A stretch of 30,816 nucleotides of DNA from the IMG/VR virus record IMGVR_UViG_3300044723_011169, positions 1 through 30,816 of that record; one strand, 5' to 3'. Below are positions 1 to 8,129 of this stretch, in pieces (within the stretch, counting starts at the first letter, position 1; each line of letters begins with the position of its first letter). A program made the translations under genes and the position numbers. Source of the DNA: a virus (lineage: Duplodnaviria > Caudoviricetes). The notes beneath the pieces are model-generated. The model ran no database searches. It was not told the DNA's origin and was given only the letters and a program-made list of their open reading frames with translations.

Positions 1-1
1 T

Positions 2-121
2 GCTTTTACTCACTTTAAAAACTGGACTTGGATTGACGCAGAAGACCACATCAACGCAACTGTAAAAGCGTTCTCAGATTATAACTCAAATTATTTTAAC
101 CAATCATGGAAGGTAGCATAA
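2..121 (+). CDS. 3' end of a hypothetical protein (partial, runs off the window)
   Basis: Open frame AFTHFKNWTWIDAEDHINATVKAFSDYNSNYFNQSWKVA* ends at TAA 119-121, 1 nt before the next ATG. Confidence 0.6.
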   Translation, partial: AFTHFKNWTWIDAEDHINATVKAFSDYNSNYFNQSWKVA

Positions 122-122
122 A

Positions 123-416
123 ATGCCCTATATTACACAAGAAGACAGAACAGCAACCGAAGACAACTTATTCGGTGATGCTCTACAATTTGTTCCAAAC
201 AATGCAGGCGAGCTAAACTTTTTAGTTTCTACTCTGATTGATAATTATCTCACAGAGCATGGCGTTCGCTATCGTCACATAAATGAGATGATTGGCGCGC
301 TTGAATGTTGCAAGCTGGAACTATACCGCAGAATTGCATCACCCTATGAAGATGTTGTCATGGCAAAAAATGGCGATGCATACACTCAAAAAATCGAAGG
401 GACAGGGGATTACTAA
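123..416 (+). CDS. Hypothetical phage protein (97 aa)
   Basis: ORF track; GGAAGG upstream; followed by a terminator. Confidence 0.8.
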   Translation: MPYITQEDRTATEDNLFGDALQFVPNNAGELNFLVSTLIDNYLTEHGVRYRHINEMIGALECCKLELYRRIASPYEDVVMAKNGDAYTQKIEGTGDY

Positions 417-428
417 ATCCCCTTTTTC
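405..428 (+). terminator. Intrinsic terminator
   Basis: GGGGAT-tactaa-ATCCCC followed by TTTTT, overlapping the stop codon. Confidence 0.7.
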
Positions 429-540
429 TCAATAAAAACAAGCACTTAGGGTCGCGAGGGCCCGACCCCGTTTTTGTCAATAAAAACAATGCTTTAGCGC
501 CCACCTTTAATGCAAAAAAATCAATTATATCAATCACTTA
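429..540 (+). repeat. Three 20-bp direct repeats resembling IHF sites
   Basis: TCAATAAAAACAAGCACTTA (429-448), TCAATAAAAACAATGCTTTA (477-496), TCAATTATATCAATCACTTA (521-540); the third contains an exact WATCAANNNNTTR. Confidence 0.65.
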
Positions 541-702
541 CAGCCACCCAAATTTTTAGCTCACACTCTTAATGTGCTACGTGAGGTGCGTAGCACCACC
601 ATAAGTAGTATTTCTTCGAACATTTTCCCGTGTGAGTTGTACAACCATTAGTAGTAAATCAATAGTCTAGTACAACTTCTAGTAGTGGTGCGACGCGCCA
701 GT

Positions 703-731
703 ATTATAGTGCAATTGCGATCCGTTGTCAA
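703..731 (-). promoter_or_regulatory. Perfect-consensus sigma70 promoter facing left into non-coding DNA
   Basis: TTGACA (731-726), 17 bp spacer, TATAAT (708-703). Confidence 0.8.
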
Positions 732-807
732 GTAAAAAATAAACGCAGGTCGACATTTTTCTCAAGTCTTCTGTCAAATGTTTGACACTCTCAAAGTCAC
801 TTTTTGC

Positions 808-836
808 TTGCTTCTTGCTGAAAAGTTCTGTATATT
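808..836 (+). promoter_or_regulatory. Sigma70-type promoter of the A2-like gene
   Basis: TTGCTT (808-813), 17 bp, TATATT (831-836); same pattern as the - strand promoters. Confidence 0.7.
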
Positions 837-871
837 CTTTTTATAGAATGAAAACAGAGGAGAAACAAAAC

Positions 872-1171
872 ATGAAAGCACAAAACTATTCAGCAGAACT
901 TACCGCCAAAATCGTATCTGACTACAAAGCAGGTGTTGACGTCAACGATATCGCATCAGCGATCGACAAGTCAGTGCGAAGTGTACGTTCTAAATTAGTG
1001 CGCGAAGGTGTCTACGTCGCTAAGCCAGTTACTAAATCAACTAGAGTTATGGGTCCAACTAAGAAGGAACTTCTTAAGGAGCTTCAGGATAACTTCGGTT
1101 ATGATGTGAGTGGCTTGGAGGGGGCGACGAAAGAAGCCATTAGCCACTTAATGACAGTGCTTGCTCAGTAG
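872..1171 (+). CDS. T5 A2/D3-like small DNA-binding protein (99 aa), paralog of 11351-11668
   Basis: ATG 872 preceded by AGAGGAG; HTH-like 'DIASAIDKSVRSVRSKLVREGVY' recalls the SVRSKL motif of T5 A2 (from memory). Confidence 0.7.
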   Translation: MKAQNYSAELTAKIVSDYKAGVDVNDIASAIDKSVRSVRSKLVREGVYVAKPVTKSTRVMGPTKKELLKELQDNFGYDVSGLEGATKEAISHLMTVLAQ

Positions 1172-1190
1172 GGCACACTGTTAAGAGAAA

Positions 1191-1215
1191 GGGGAGCGCA
1201 TGCTCCCCTTTTTTT
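1191..1215 (+). terminator. Intrinsic terminator, possibly bidirectional
   Basis: GGGGAGC-gcat-GCTCCCC followed by a T run; A-rich tract upstream. Confidence 0.8.
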
Positions 1216-1220
1216 GTGCC

Positions 1221-1900
1221 CGCACGAAGTGCGTAGCACCAGTGCAAAGTCGAAAGTCGATTGTGCAAAGCTGGCGCCAGCGCGCCAGTGCAAAAGTGAA
1301 GTAAAAAGTCGATTTACTTGCTAACATGAGTGCAAATGAGATGTAGTCATATAGTCTATGCTTAAACCCCTCCCCACCCTGGTATAATATCACAAAAAAT
1401 GCCCATTGCGCAAGCCTGCACTGGCTCCCTACGGTCGCAGATCTACGAAATAATGTAAAAATATCCATTATATCGAGGAAATGCGTAAAAAACATCGTTT
1501 TGCAGTAAATATATGCATTTTTTAGTAGAAAAACATAGTAAAAAAATGAAAAAACAGCTGGTCGAGTGCCCGCAGCGCAGCTGCAAGCGAACTCCGTTCG
1601 CACGCTGATGAATAGTTTGATGATTGTAGGGAGGCAGGTTTGTCACTTCGTGACATAACCTACAGCAGGACGCACGCTTCGCGTGCTAAAGGAAAGAGCT
1701 GTTATGTTATCAAGTATAGATGAACAGGAATAAACTTACGTTTATGGCGAGTACCCTCTAACTCCCTACGGTCAAGTTGTTGCTGTGTACTGCGCTGTCA
1801 TCCGAGCTGTGAAACGGGCTGAAATAGCTATGAAACATATGTGATAGCTCTGTGATCGCTGTCACAAAAAAAATACGCTGTGTGAAAACCAACCAGCGTT
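1221..1900. repeat. Non-coding repeat and palindrome cluster between convergent transcription units
   Basis: GTGCAAA x4 (~1242, 1263, 1288, 1330); AAGTCGA x3; GCTGT-like units repeated over 1782-1885; several GNA-triloop hairpins; CTCCCTACGGTC at 1425 and 1762. Confidence 0.7.
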
Positions 1901-1920
1901 TATTTCTCTTTGAATAACTA

Positions 1921-1949
1921 ATATTAGCATAGATTTTAGCATTTGTCTA
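1921..1949 (-). promoter_or_regulatory. Sigma70-type promoter reading into the non-coding repeat zone
   Basis: TAGACA (1949-1944), 17 bp, TAATAT (1926-1921) with an extended -10 TG. Confidence 0.6.
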
Positions 1950-2174
1950 TAGCAATATGGTAGTAATCAGTATATATGAGAAGTTTAGAAATGAGGAGTG
2001 CGTTGTTAGTTGATTTATGATATATTCTAACATATTTGGTATGGCAGATCTAGGTGTTTATACTAAGACTTCGTAATATTGCTATGGGATTACAAGTGGT
2101 TTAAAGATTAGTTTTTTTGGTTTGTACCATTGCTAAGATTCATCTTTGAAAGGTGCAGACTACTAACTTACTCC

Positions 2175-3035
2175 TTAGTAGCTTTGTGCTAAACGCCACA
2201 TTAGATATTCTTTTGATTCGATTGGTTCATACTTATCGGGTTCATTTCGTAAATTAGTTATTATCGTGCCAGGAGTAGGATCTACGAAATGTGGCATCGA
2301 ATATCGCTCTTGATGAATATGCGAATTTACTACACGATGTCGAGTGCTGATAAAATAATCATTTGTCCAACGCTGTAATAGATCACCAATATTAACTACA
2401 ACTCCATTCTCAGCATACGGTACTAAATGCCAATCACCGCTTAAATCTTGTACTTGTAAACCTGGTACATCATTGATTTGCCAGAGGAGAGTAAGCGTAC
2501 CATAATCAGAGTGTTCTCCAATACGTAGCTGTTTTGGTTCAAGCTCACCTGCGTATGATGGATAGTGTATGATACGAGTAGTATTATAAGGATAGAGGTG
2601 TGCATCTACAAGAGTGCTTCCACAGTCTAGTATAGTATCAAAGTGAGCTAAGATACGAAGTGTTAACTCATCAGCTATTTTGATTGATCTAAGAGCACAT
2701 GCTTTAAAATGAAGGTTATGCTCTGGCCAGAGTGCGTCAGGCATCCTGCTATCGTTATAGTTATAAGATTCTTTCATATCAGAAGGAGCATCTGGATCTA
2801 CATGTTCTGCTCCAACAATACTATATCCAAGATTGTTTTCTGCTTGATAGGTATAGGCTTTCTTTTCATCTAAACTTAGATCAAAGAATGCTTTGGCTTG
2901 TTCAAACCAAGCATTCATAAGTTCTTGACGACGTCGATCGAGTGCATTAGTAAACACTGCGAAGCCTACTGTTGTGTAGGCTTCGTCAATGCGATCTAAA
3001 GCATCACTTGCATTTAAATCAATTACCGGTATCAT
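2175..3035 (-). CDS. 2OG-Fe(II) oxygenase, isopenicillin N synthase/PcbC-like
   Basis: IPVIDL N-terminus, HSD (GEHSDYGTLTLL), VNIGDLLQRWTND, distal H in STRHRV, RYS 2OG-binding motif. Confidence 0.9.
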   Translation of the reverse strand: MIPVIDLNASDALDRIDEAYTTVGFAVFTNALDRRRQELMNAWFEQAKAFFDLSLDEKKAYTYQAENNLGYSIVGAEHVDPDAPSDMKESYNYNDSRMPDALWPEHNLHFKACALRSIKIADELTLRILAHFDTILDCGSTLVDAHLYPYNTTRIIHYPSYAGELEPKQLRIGEHSDYGTLTLLWQINDVPGLQVQDLSGDWHLVPYAENGVVVNIGDLLQRWTNDYFISTRHRVVNSHIHQERYSMPHFVDPTPGTIITNLRNEPDKYEPIESKEYLMWRLAQSY

Positions 3036-3036
3036 C

Positions 3037-4098
3037 TTAGTTAGGAACCTTTGCGTTAATACCTTCTACATAATACATCATCTGATTCAAATGATCATCA
3101 CTTGCAACTTCACCATCGGCAAGTTGTAAATTACCTTCATTATCATAGAGAGGTCCAGTAAATGCAAAGTATTCACCAGCGCTAATTGCATCTTTAATCT
3201 CTTGAGCTTTTGCAGCTACATCATCAGGCATATTTGTGAATGGTGCCATCTGTACAGCGCCTTCATTCATATGACCAAAGTAGTTACCTGTTTCCCAAGT
3301 GCCATCAATAACAGCTTGAGTTTTACGAATATAGTATGGACCCCAGTTATCGATTGTTGCTGTAAGTTGTGCTTCAGGTGCAAAGTTATACTGATCTGAT
3401 GCTTGACCAAATCCCAACTTACCTTGCTTTTGTGCCTCTTGTAGAGGAGCAGGTGAGTCAGTATGTTGAGCTACCATATCACATCCTTCTGCTAACATTA
3501 CGGCAGCAGCTTGTGATTCTTTGCCTGGATCATACCAAGTGTTTACCCAAGTGACAATAAGTTCAACATCTGGATTCATGCTTTTTGCACCAAGATAGTA
3601 TGTGTTAATTTCACGAATGACTTCAGGTATTGGAAATGCTCCAACATAACAAATCTTGTTAGTCTCTGTCATCATACCCGCAATGACACCTTGTACGTGT
3701 CTTGCTTGATAAAGACGAAGACCGTATGATGCTAGATTTTCACTTTGTATATAACCTGTTGCATGTTCAAATTTTACATCAGGAAAGTCTTTCGCAACTT
3801 TTAGCATATCATTCATATAACCAAATGATGTTCCAAACACAATATCATGTGTCTTCGCCATTTCTCTGAATACCTGGTTTGCTTGTGGACCATATTGCAC
3901 ATTCTCAATATAGCTTGTTTCTACAGCATCTCCAAGAGCCTCTTCAACTTGTTGTCTACCAATGTCGTGACGATAAGTCCAACCGTGATCTCCAACAGGT
4001 CCAATATAAACAAAGCCGACCTTTATAGGATCAGCTTGGGCTACATTGATAAATAGCAATGATGATAGGATAGTGGTAAGTATTGTAATTAGTTTCAT
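3037..4098 (-). CDS. BMP-family ABC substrate-binding protein (purine nucleoside/base binding)
   Basis: Signal peptide, KVGFVYIGPVGDHGWTYRHD, GTSFGY, FPIPEVIREIN, WVNTWYDP, QHTDSP. Confidence 0.9.
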   Translation of the reverse strand: MKLITILTTILSSLLFINVAQADPIKVGFVYIGPVGDHGWTYRHDIGRQQVEEALGDAVETSYIENVQYGPQANQVFREMAKTHDIVFGTSFGYMNDMLKVAKDFPDVKFEHATGYIQSENLASYGLRLYQARHVQGVIAGMMTETNKICYVGAFPIPEVIREINTYYLGAKSMNPDVELIVTWVNTWYDPGKESQAAAVMLAEGCDMVAQHTDSPAPLQEAQKQGKLGFGQASDQYNFAPEAQLTATIDNWGPYYIRKTQAVIDGTWETGNYFGHMNEGAVQMAPFTNMPDDVAAKAQEIKDAISAGEYFAFTGPLYDNEGNLQLADGEVASDDHLNQMMYYVEGINAKVPN

Positions 4099-4179
4099 TT
4101 TTTACCTTTCAAAAGGAGGGTGTTCTATAACTAATGTTTCACCCTGTTATGTTCTCAGACAACTATCTGAGAAGTGTTA

Positions 4180-4208
4180 ATTATGACACAGCTATGACAA
4201 TTTATCAA
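4180..4208 (-). promoter_or_regulatory. Promoter with an overlapping Pho-box-like direct repeat
   Basis: TTGATA-17-CATAAT; TGTCATA repeated at 11-bp spacing (4199-4193, 4188-4182). Confidence 0.5.
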
Positions 4209-4211
4209 GTT

Positions 4212-4985
4212 TTATATTGTTCCAAATGCTAGTTTATTCTGATTTATCCAGCGATTATGAAGTGATTTAACTAGAGTAGCATTAAAGTCTGAATTTAATG
4301 ACTTAGCAACGCTTTCAACAAGAGATAATACCTCAGATAAGTTTAAAAGTTGATCTAGTGTGATGTCAGGCGAGTCAATAATAAAATTAAGTCTAGGATC
4401 ATGATTTACAATATAATTTAACCATTCGCGTTTTGATGTGAAGTTGCTGTATTTCCACTGATTTGCATAACCAGAATCATTATGAAGTTTTTGCGGGCGA
4501 TCAGCCGTGATCATTCCTGTTTTAGAATCTTCATCCCATAGATAGTTTTTTGAGGATAGCATACTATACCATAACTCATCTGATCCTTTGTCTAATTTAA
4601 CATGATGTGCGCGTTCCCACCAGCTTGGTAGGTGTGTTTTATGATAAAAATCAAGTATAATCTTATCTGACTGTAAAAGTTCATTAATGTAATTGCTACC
4701 AACTGATGCAATTTGTGAATAAAACTCATCTCTAGATAAGTGTAAACCTCTGTCGAATTGTCGTGAAAAAAAGCGTAGATTCCAATCATGAACTGGCTCA
4801 CATGATACCCATTCATATGGGTTACCCCAAAGTCCATTAATCCAATCATGCCACAAGTTAGCATCTTTTTCTACTTCTGGAGCCCAATGTGCTATCCTAT
4901 CAATAGCCATAAGACACGCACATAAAAATTTACCACCAGTTCCAGGTCTGAAAGTTACTATTAGCCATCGATCATCACTTATCAT
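4212..4985 (-). CDS. Hypothetical protein, possible P-loop/sulfotransferase-like fold
   Basis: 257 aa ORF with N-terminal strand + RPGTGGKFL; ATGA overlap with the upstream gene. Confidence 0.6.
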   Translation of the reverse strand: MISDDRWLIVTFRPGTGGKFLCACLMAIDRIAHWAPEVEKDANLWHDWINGLWGNPYEWVSCEPVHDWNLRFFSRQFDRGLHLSRDEFYSQIASVGSNYINELLQSDKIILDFYHKTHLPSWWERAHHVKLDKGSDELWYSMLSSKNYLWDEDSKTGMITADRPQKLHNDSGYANQWKYSNFTSKREWLNYIVNHDPRLNFIIDSPDITLDQLLNLSEVLSLVESVAKSLNSDFNATLVKSLHNRWINQNKLAFGTI

Positions 4986-5620
4986 TTTGGAGGTATTAAC
5001 TCAATAGGTATGTGATAAAGGTTTCTTAAAAAATCTATAGTCTCATTCCAATACACAGCTCCTATTAAATAATTCCAACCAGCTTGGATTCTACGATCCA
5101 TTTCCGCTTTATCAGTTGTAATAGCATGAGAGGTAGAATAAAGCTTAAGTTTTGGGTCAAAGTGCGCATCAAAACCATAACACCTAATCTCTAATGGGTT
5201 ATATAATGCCATAGAAAAAATTATACTCCAATGACCTGTACTAATTCTTTTTAAATCGTTATTATACATAAATCCTAATTTTTTTGACGACTTCGGGCTA
5301 GGCTGAAAAGGGTTTGGTAAAAGTTTATATAAGTCTTTGTCATATGAAACATCCATTTTTGACTTAATATATTCTTGTTCTACTGCGGTAAAATTAGTTT
5401 TAAGATAATAGTGCATGTGTAGAGGAAATATTTGTTTTACCTTAAATTTTACGCTCCAAGTAGAATCTTTTAAAATTCTATCAAATATCTTTGGATTACA
5501 ATTAGTAGTAAATTCATAGCTTACTGGAAGTGGAGCACCTAATTTACAACCAACTATTACATCACCCCATCCATCATACTGTTTGTAGGACGGGCCGTTA
5601 CCTATCACCGCTATTTTCAT
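4982..5620 (-). CDS. GNGPS-motif transferase (GT29/GT42/Maf-like), paralog 1
   Basis: KIAVIGNGPS ... STGHW ... YGFDAH. Confidence 0.7.
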   Translation of the reverse strand: MKIAVIGNGPSYKQYDGWGDVIVGCKLGAPLPVSYEFTTNCNPKIFDRILKDSTWSVKFKVKQIFPLHMHYYLKTNFTAVEQEYIKSKMDVSYDKDLYKLLPNPFQPSPKSSKKLGFMYNNDLKRISTGHWSIIFSMALYNPLEIRCYGFDAHFDPKLKLYSTSHAITTDKAEMDRRIQAGWNYLIGAVYWNETIDFLRNLYHIPIELIPPK

Positions 5621-6270
5621 TGCACAATTTCAATTTTACAATTTGGATAAACTGATTGAATAAAATTAAAAGTGACAGGCCAACTCTTTGCTAATAATAG
5701 ATGTTGTTCAGATCTTTTGTGAGGAAGTTTATCTTCAGGATAACCATACTCTAAGGACATTGTATCACTTTTAGTTTTATAATCTAAATGAGCGTCAAAA
5801 CCCCAACAACGGATGTGGGTAGGATTGAAAAAAGCTTGAGCATAGATAATAGCCCAATGTCCAGATGTAATTGCTTTTAAACTATTATTTTTTTCACCTA
5901 AATATGCTTTTCCGTTATGAATTCTCTCTCTTACTACTCGTTTTGTGTCAATGTGGAAACTTTTTGGAAAACGTTTTATGATAGAAAAATCTAGTTTAAT
6001 ATTTACTCTTTCGAAAAGTATTTGCTGTTTTTCAAGACTGAGATACTTTTTAAACTGGTACATTACGTGAGGTGCCAAATACATTGGAGCTTTTGAAGGT
6101 ATTGACCAAGAATCTTGAGTAACATAATCTGCTAACCAATTAAAGTATCCAGCGATAGTAAAATTATAAGCTCTTTCAATAGGCGCTCCCATGCTACACC
6201 CAATTACGGCATCCCCCCATCCATCATATTTTTCCCACGAGGGACCATTACCTATTATTGCTACTTTCAT
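5617..6270 (-). CDS. GNGPS-motif transferase, paralog 2
   Basis: Start reassigned to MKVAIIGNGPS (ATG 6270, TAATG overlap with upstream stop); TSGHW; WGFDAH. Confidence 0.7.
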   Translation of the reverse strand: MKVAIIGNGPSWEKYDGWGDAVIGCSMGAPIERAYNFTIAGYFNWLADYVTQDSWSIPSKAPMYLAPHVMYQFKKYLSLEKQQILFERVNIKLDFSIIKRFPKSFHIDTKRVVRERIHNGKAYLGEKNNSLKAITSGHWAIIYAQAFFNPTHIRCWGFDAHLDYKTKSDTMSLEYGYPEDKLPHKRSEQHLLLAKSWPVTFNFIQSVYPNCKIEIVQ

Positions 6271-6935
6271 TATATAATCTCTATCTTTACCTCTGGAAAA
6301 TATGAATTCATACCTGCTAAAGTTCTTTGCCACAAAAAACCTCGGTTAGAATACTCTTCACCTCTCGCAGAATCATCATAGTGCTTATATTTTTCATCTC
6401 TATTTCTTCGGAGTATAGATTCATCAAATAAAGCATAACCATCTGATCTATTCAAATGATGATCTAAATCTACTACTTTACCTTGTTTATGAGCGTCAAA
6501 ACCCCAACAACGGATATGGGTAGGATTATATTTAATTATAGCAAATAAAACTGCCATACAACCACAAGAAATAGGTAGATCCCATGCATAGTTTCTACCG
6601 TACTTAATGATATTTAATTTTGAAAAATTAAACGTAGCAGGAATTAAAGATAGTTGTGATTGAGTAAGTTTTTTTAAGCTAATTTTGTTTAAAAACTTAT
6701 CTCTTTTTTCTCTCTCCCAGTATGTGTTAATAAAATGAATTGCAGGAATTGATAAATGAACAGGAGCTATAGGTTTAAGTTTTTCATCGACAACACAATT
6801 CATTGTAAACTCGTCTTGCATCATTAACCAATTAGGTTTAGAACTAAGTAGTCCAACATTACAACCAACTGTGACATTACCGTCTGGTACAAAATCATAG
6901 CAAGACGGACCATTACCTACAACATTTACAATCAA
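6270..6935 (-). CDS. GNGPS-motif transferase, paralog 3
   Basis: VNVVGNGPS, SCG, WGFDAH; TTG 6935 overlaps the upstream TGA (GTG 6947 is the alternative start). Confidence 0.7.
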   Translation of the reverse strand: MIVNVVGNGPSCYDFVPDGNVTVGCNVGLLSSKPNWLMMQDEFTMNCVVDEKLKPIAPVHLSIPAIHFINTYWEREKRDKFLNKISLKKLTQSQLSLIPATFNFSKLNIIKYGRNYAWDLPISCGCMAVLFAIIKYNPTHIRCWGFDAHKQGKVVDLDHHLNRSDGYALFDESILRRNRDEKYKHYDDSARGEEYSNRGFLWQRTLAGMNSYFPEVKIEII

Positions 6936-7141
6936 GGAAGATTCCACTCATGATTTTCTTCAATAGCATAGCGTGCTCCATGAATATAATCTCTATCTTC
7001 CTCTGAGAGAACGCTCCAAAACTTACTAACAGAATCAATCACATCAAGTACATACTCAGGTCTGTTAAGATGTGAGTTAGACTCCATCAGCGCTTGTAGA
7101 TGATCCATACGGATAGTAATTTTACTTCTTAATCCTGTCAT
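6932..7141 (-). CDS. Hypothetical phage protein
   Basis: 69 aa ORF coupled to neighbours by overlapping start/stop codons. Confidence 0.7.
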   Translation of the reverse strand: MTGLRSKITIRMDHLQALMESNSHLNRPEYVLDVIDSVSKFWSVLSEEDRDYIHGARYAIEENHEWNLP

Positions 7142-7407
7142 TCTATGCTGAACATTCTCTCTGCCCGACTCATAGTATCAGCAATCGTGTCTACAAGCTC
7201 TGCGGGATCATATGGAATTGAGTCAGTGTTTATAGTAGAAAACATACCAATCGGTGCGATCTCACGACCATCACCAACAGGAGTGTAAAAATAAAATAAG
7301 TTTTGTTTTTCATTGTAGGTGTAAAATACTGATTGATTGTATTGAGGCTTTCCAACAAACTTTTTTACAGCTTCAGAAAACTCAGGAGTAGTATCTTTAT
7401 CTATCAT
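7138..7407 (-). CDS. Hypothetical protein
   Basis: 89 aa ORF with ATGA overlaps. Confidence 0.7.
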   Translation of the reverse strand: MIDKDTTPEFSEAVKKFVGKPQYNQSVFYTYNEKQNLFYFYTPVGDGREIAPIGMFSTINTDSIPYDPAELVDTIADTMSRAERMFSIE

Positions 7408-7583
7408 GGTATAACTCGCAATCTAATGAGGTTAGGGTTATCAAGCTCATCTTTAAGCACTCTGAAAATCTTGCTTCTAGTTTTAGTCCAAAAAGAGTAA
7501 GCCCAACTTGCTGGGTGAAGACCCTCAATAAATCTATCAAGTCGATCGAGTCTTTCTTCAAGTTGGGCTATTCTAGCACTCAT
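7404..7583 (-). CDS. Small hypothetical protein (59 aa, not in the ORF track)
   Basis: MSARIAQLEERLDRLDRFIEGLHPASWAYSFW...VIP*; ATGA overlaps at both ends. Confidence 0.7.
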   Translation of the reverse strand: MSARIAQLEERLDRLDRFIEGLHPASWAYSFWTKTRSKIFRVLKDELDNPNLIRLRVIP

Positions 7584-7774
7584 GCAGGTATGCCTTTAAG
7601 TATAAGTTCTTCTACAGTGTCGAGAACCCACTGCTCGCCATGTTCTGCAATCATCTCTTCAAGTTTGACTTTGCTAACAGCTTGAATAAACTGTGCGTGA
7701 CGTTCTTCTTGGGATAGTCCGTGGTTATCAGAGTGGAAACTCTTAATGCCATTTTCTTTTGTTATAGTTATCAT
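7580..7774 (-). CDS. Hypothetical protein
   Basis: 64 aa ORF, GGAGG RBS. Confidence 0.7.
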   Translation of the reverse strand: MITITKENGIKSFHSDNHGLSQEERHAQFIQAVSKVKLEEMIAEHGEQWVLDTVEELILKGIPA

Positions 7775-7941
7775 TTAAATCCTCCAAGTAGTTCTGCTAT
7801 TTTTTCCTCAAGTTTTGAGTTTGATTCTTCAATCTCCTCAATCTCTCCCTTGAGTTCTTCAATTCGTGCTTGACGATCTTCCATAACTTGCTCAATCTCA
7901 TCCATAAGTGTTTCAAGTTTATTTTCAAGCTCAGTCGCCAT
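7771..7941 (-). CDS. Small acidic coiled-coil protein (56 aa, not in the ORF track)
   Basis: MATELENKLETLMDEIEQVMEDRQARIEELKGEIEEIEESNSKLEEKIAELLGGFK*; GGAGGAG RBS. Confidence 0.75.
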   Translation of the reverse strand: MATELENKLETLMDEIEQVMEDRQARIEELKGEIEEIEESNSKLEEKIAELLGGFK

Positions 7942-8128
7942 GATACTCCTCCACTAAAATTCTATAACGCTTACCATTATTATCAGTAACTAAAATTGCT
8001 TTTTTCATGCTAATTAGTCGATCTTCAACAACATCATTGATAACTCCTTGTACGTTTGCAACAATAAAATTATCTGCTGAAAGACTTCGCTTTATCAAAT
8101 CAGCTAAGTAGTCACAGTATACCAACAA
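7931..8128 (-). CDS. Hypothetical protein
   Basis: 65 aa, TTG start with GGAGG RBS. Confidence 0.65.
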   Translation of the reverse strand: MLVYCDYLADLIKRSLSADNFIVANVQGVINDVVEDRLISMKKAILVTDNNGKRYRILVEEYHGD

Positions 8129-8129
8129 A

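Noticed and set aside
782-871. N-terminal extension of the A2-like ORF
   Set aside because: Contains the promoter and RBS; the paralog aligns from ATG 872
1358-1388. + strand promoter ending TGGTATAAT
   Set aside because: Extended -10 only, no correctly spaced -35 and no downstream gene; possible but unsupported
1181-1646. ORFs 1181-1603 and 1443-1646 (-)
   Set aside because: No RBS, unusual composition, and they run across a terminator and the repeat/hairpin zone
429-1900. CRISPR-like array
   Set aside because: Repeats are short, degenerate and irregularly spaced; no cas gene in the window
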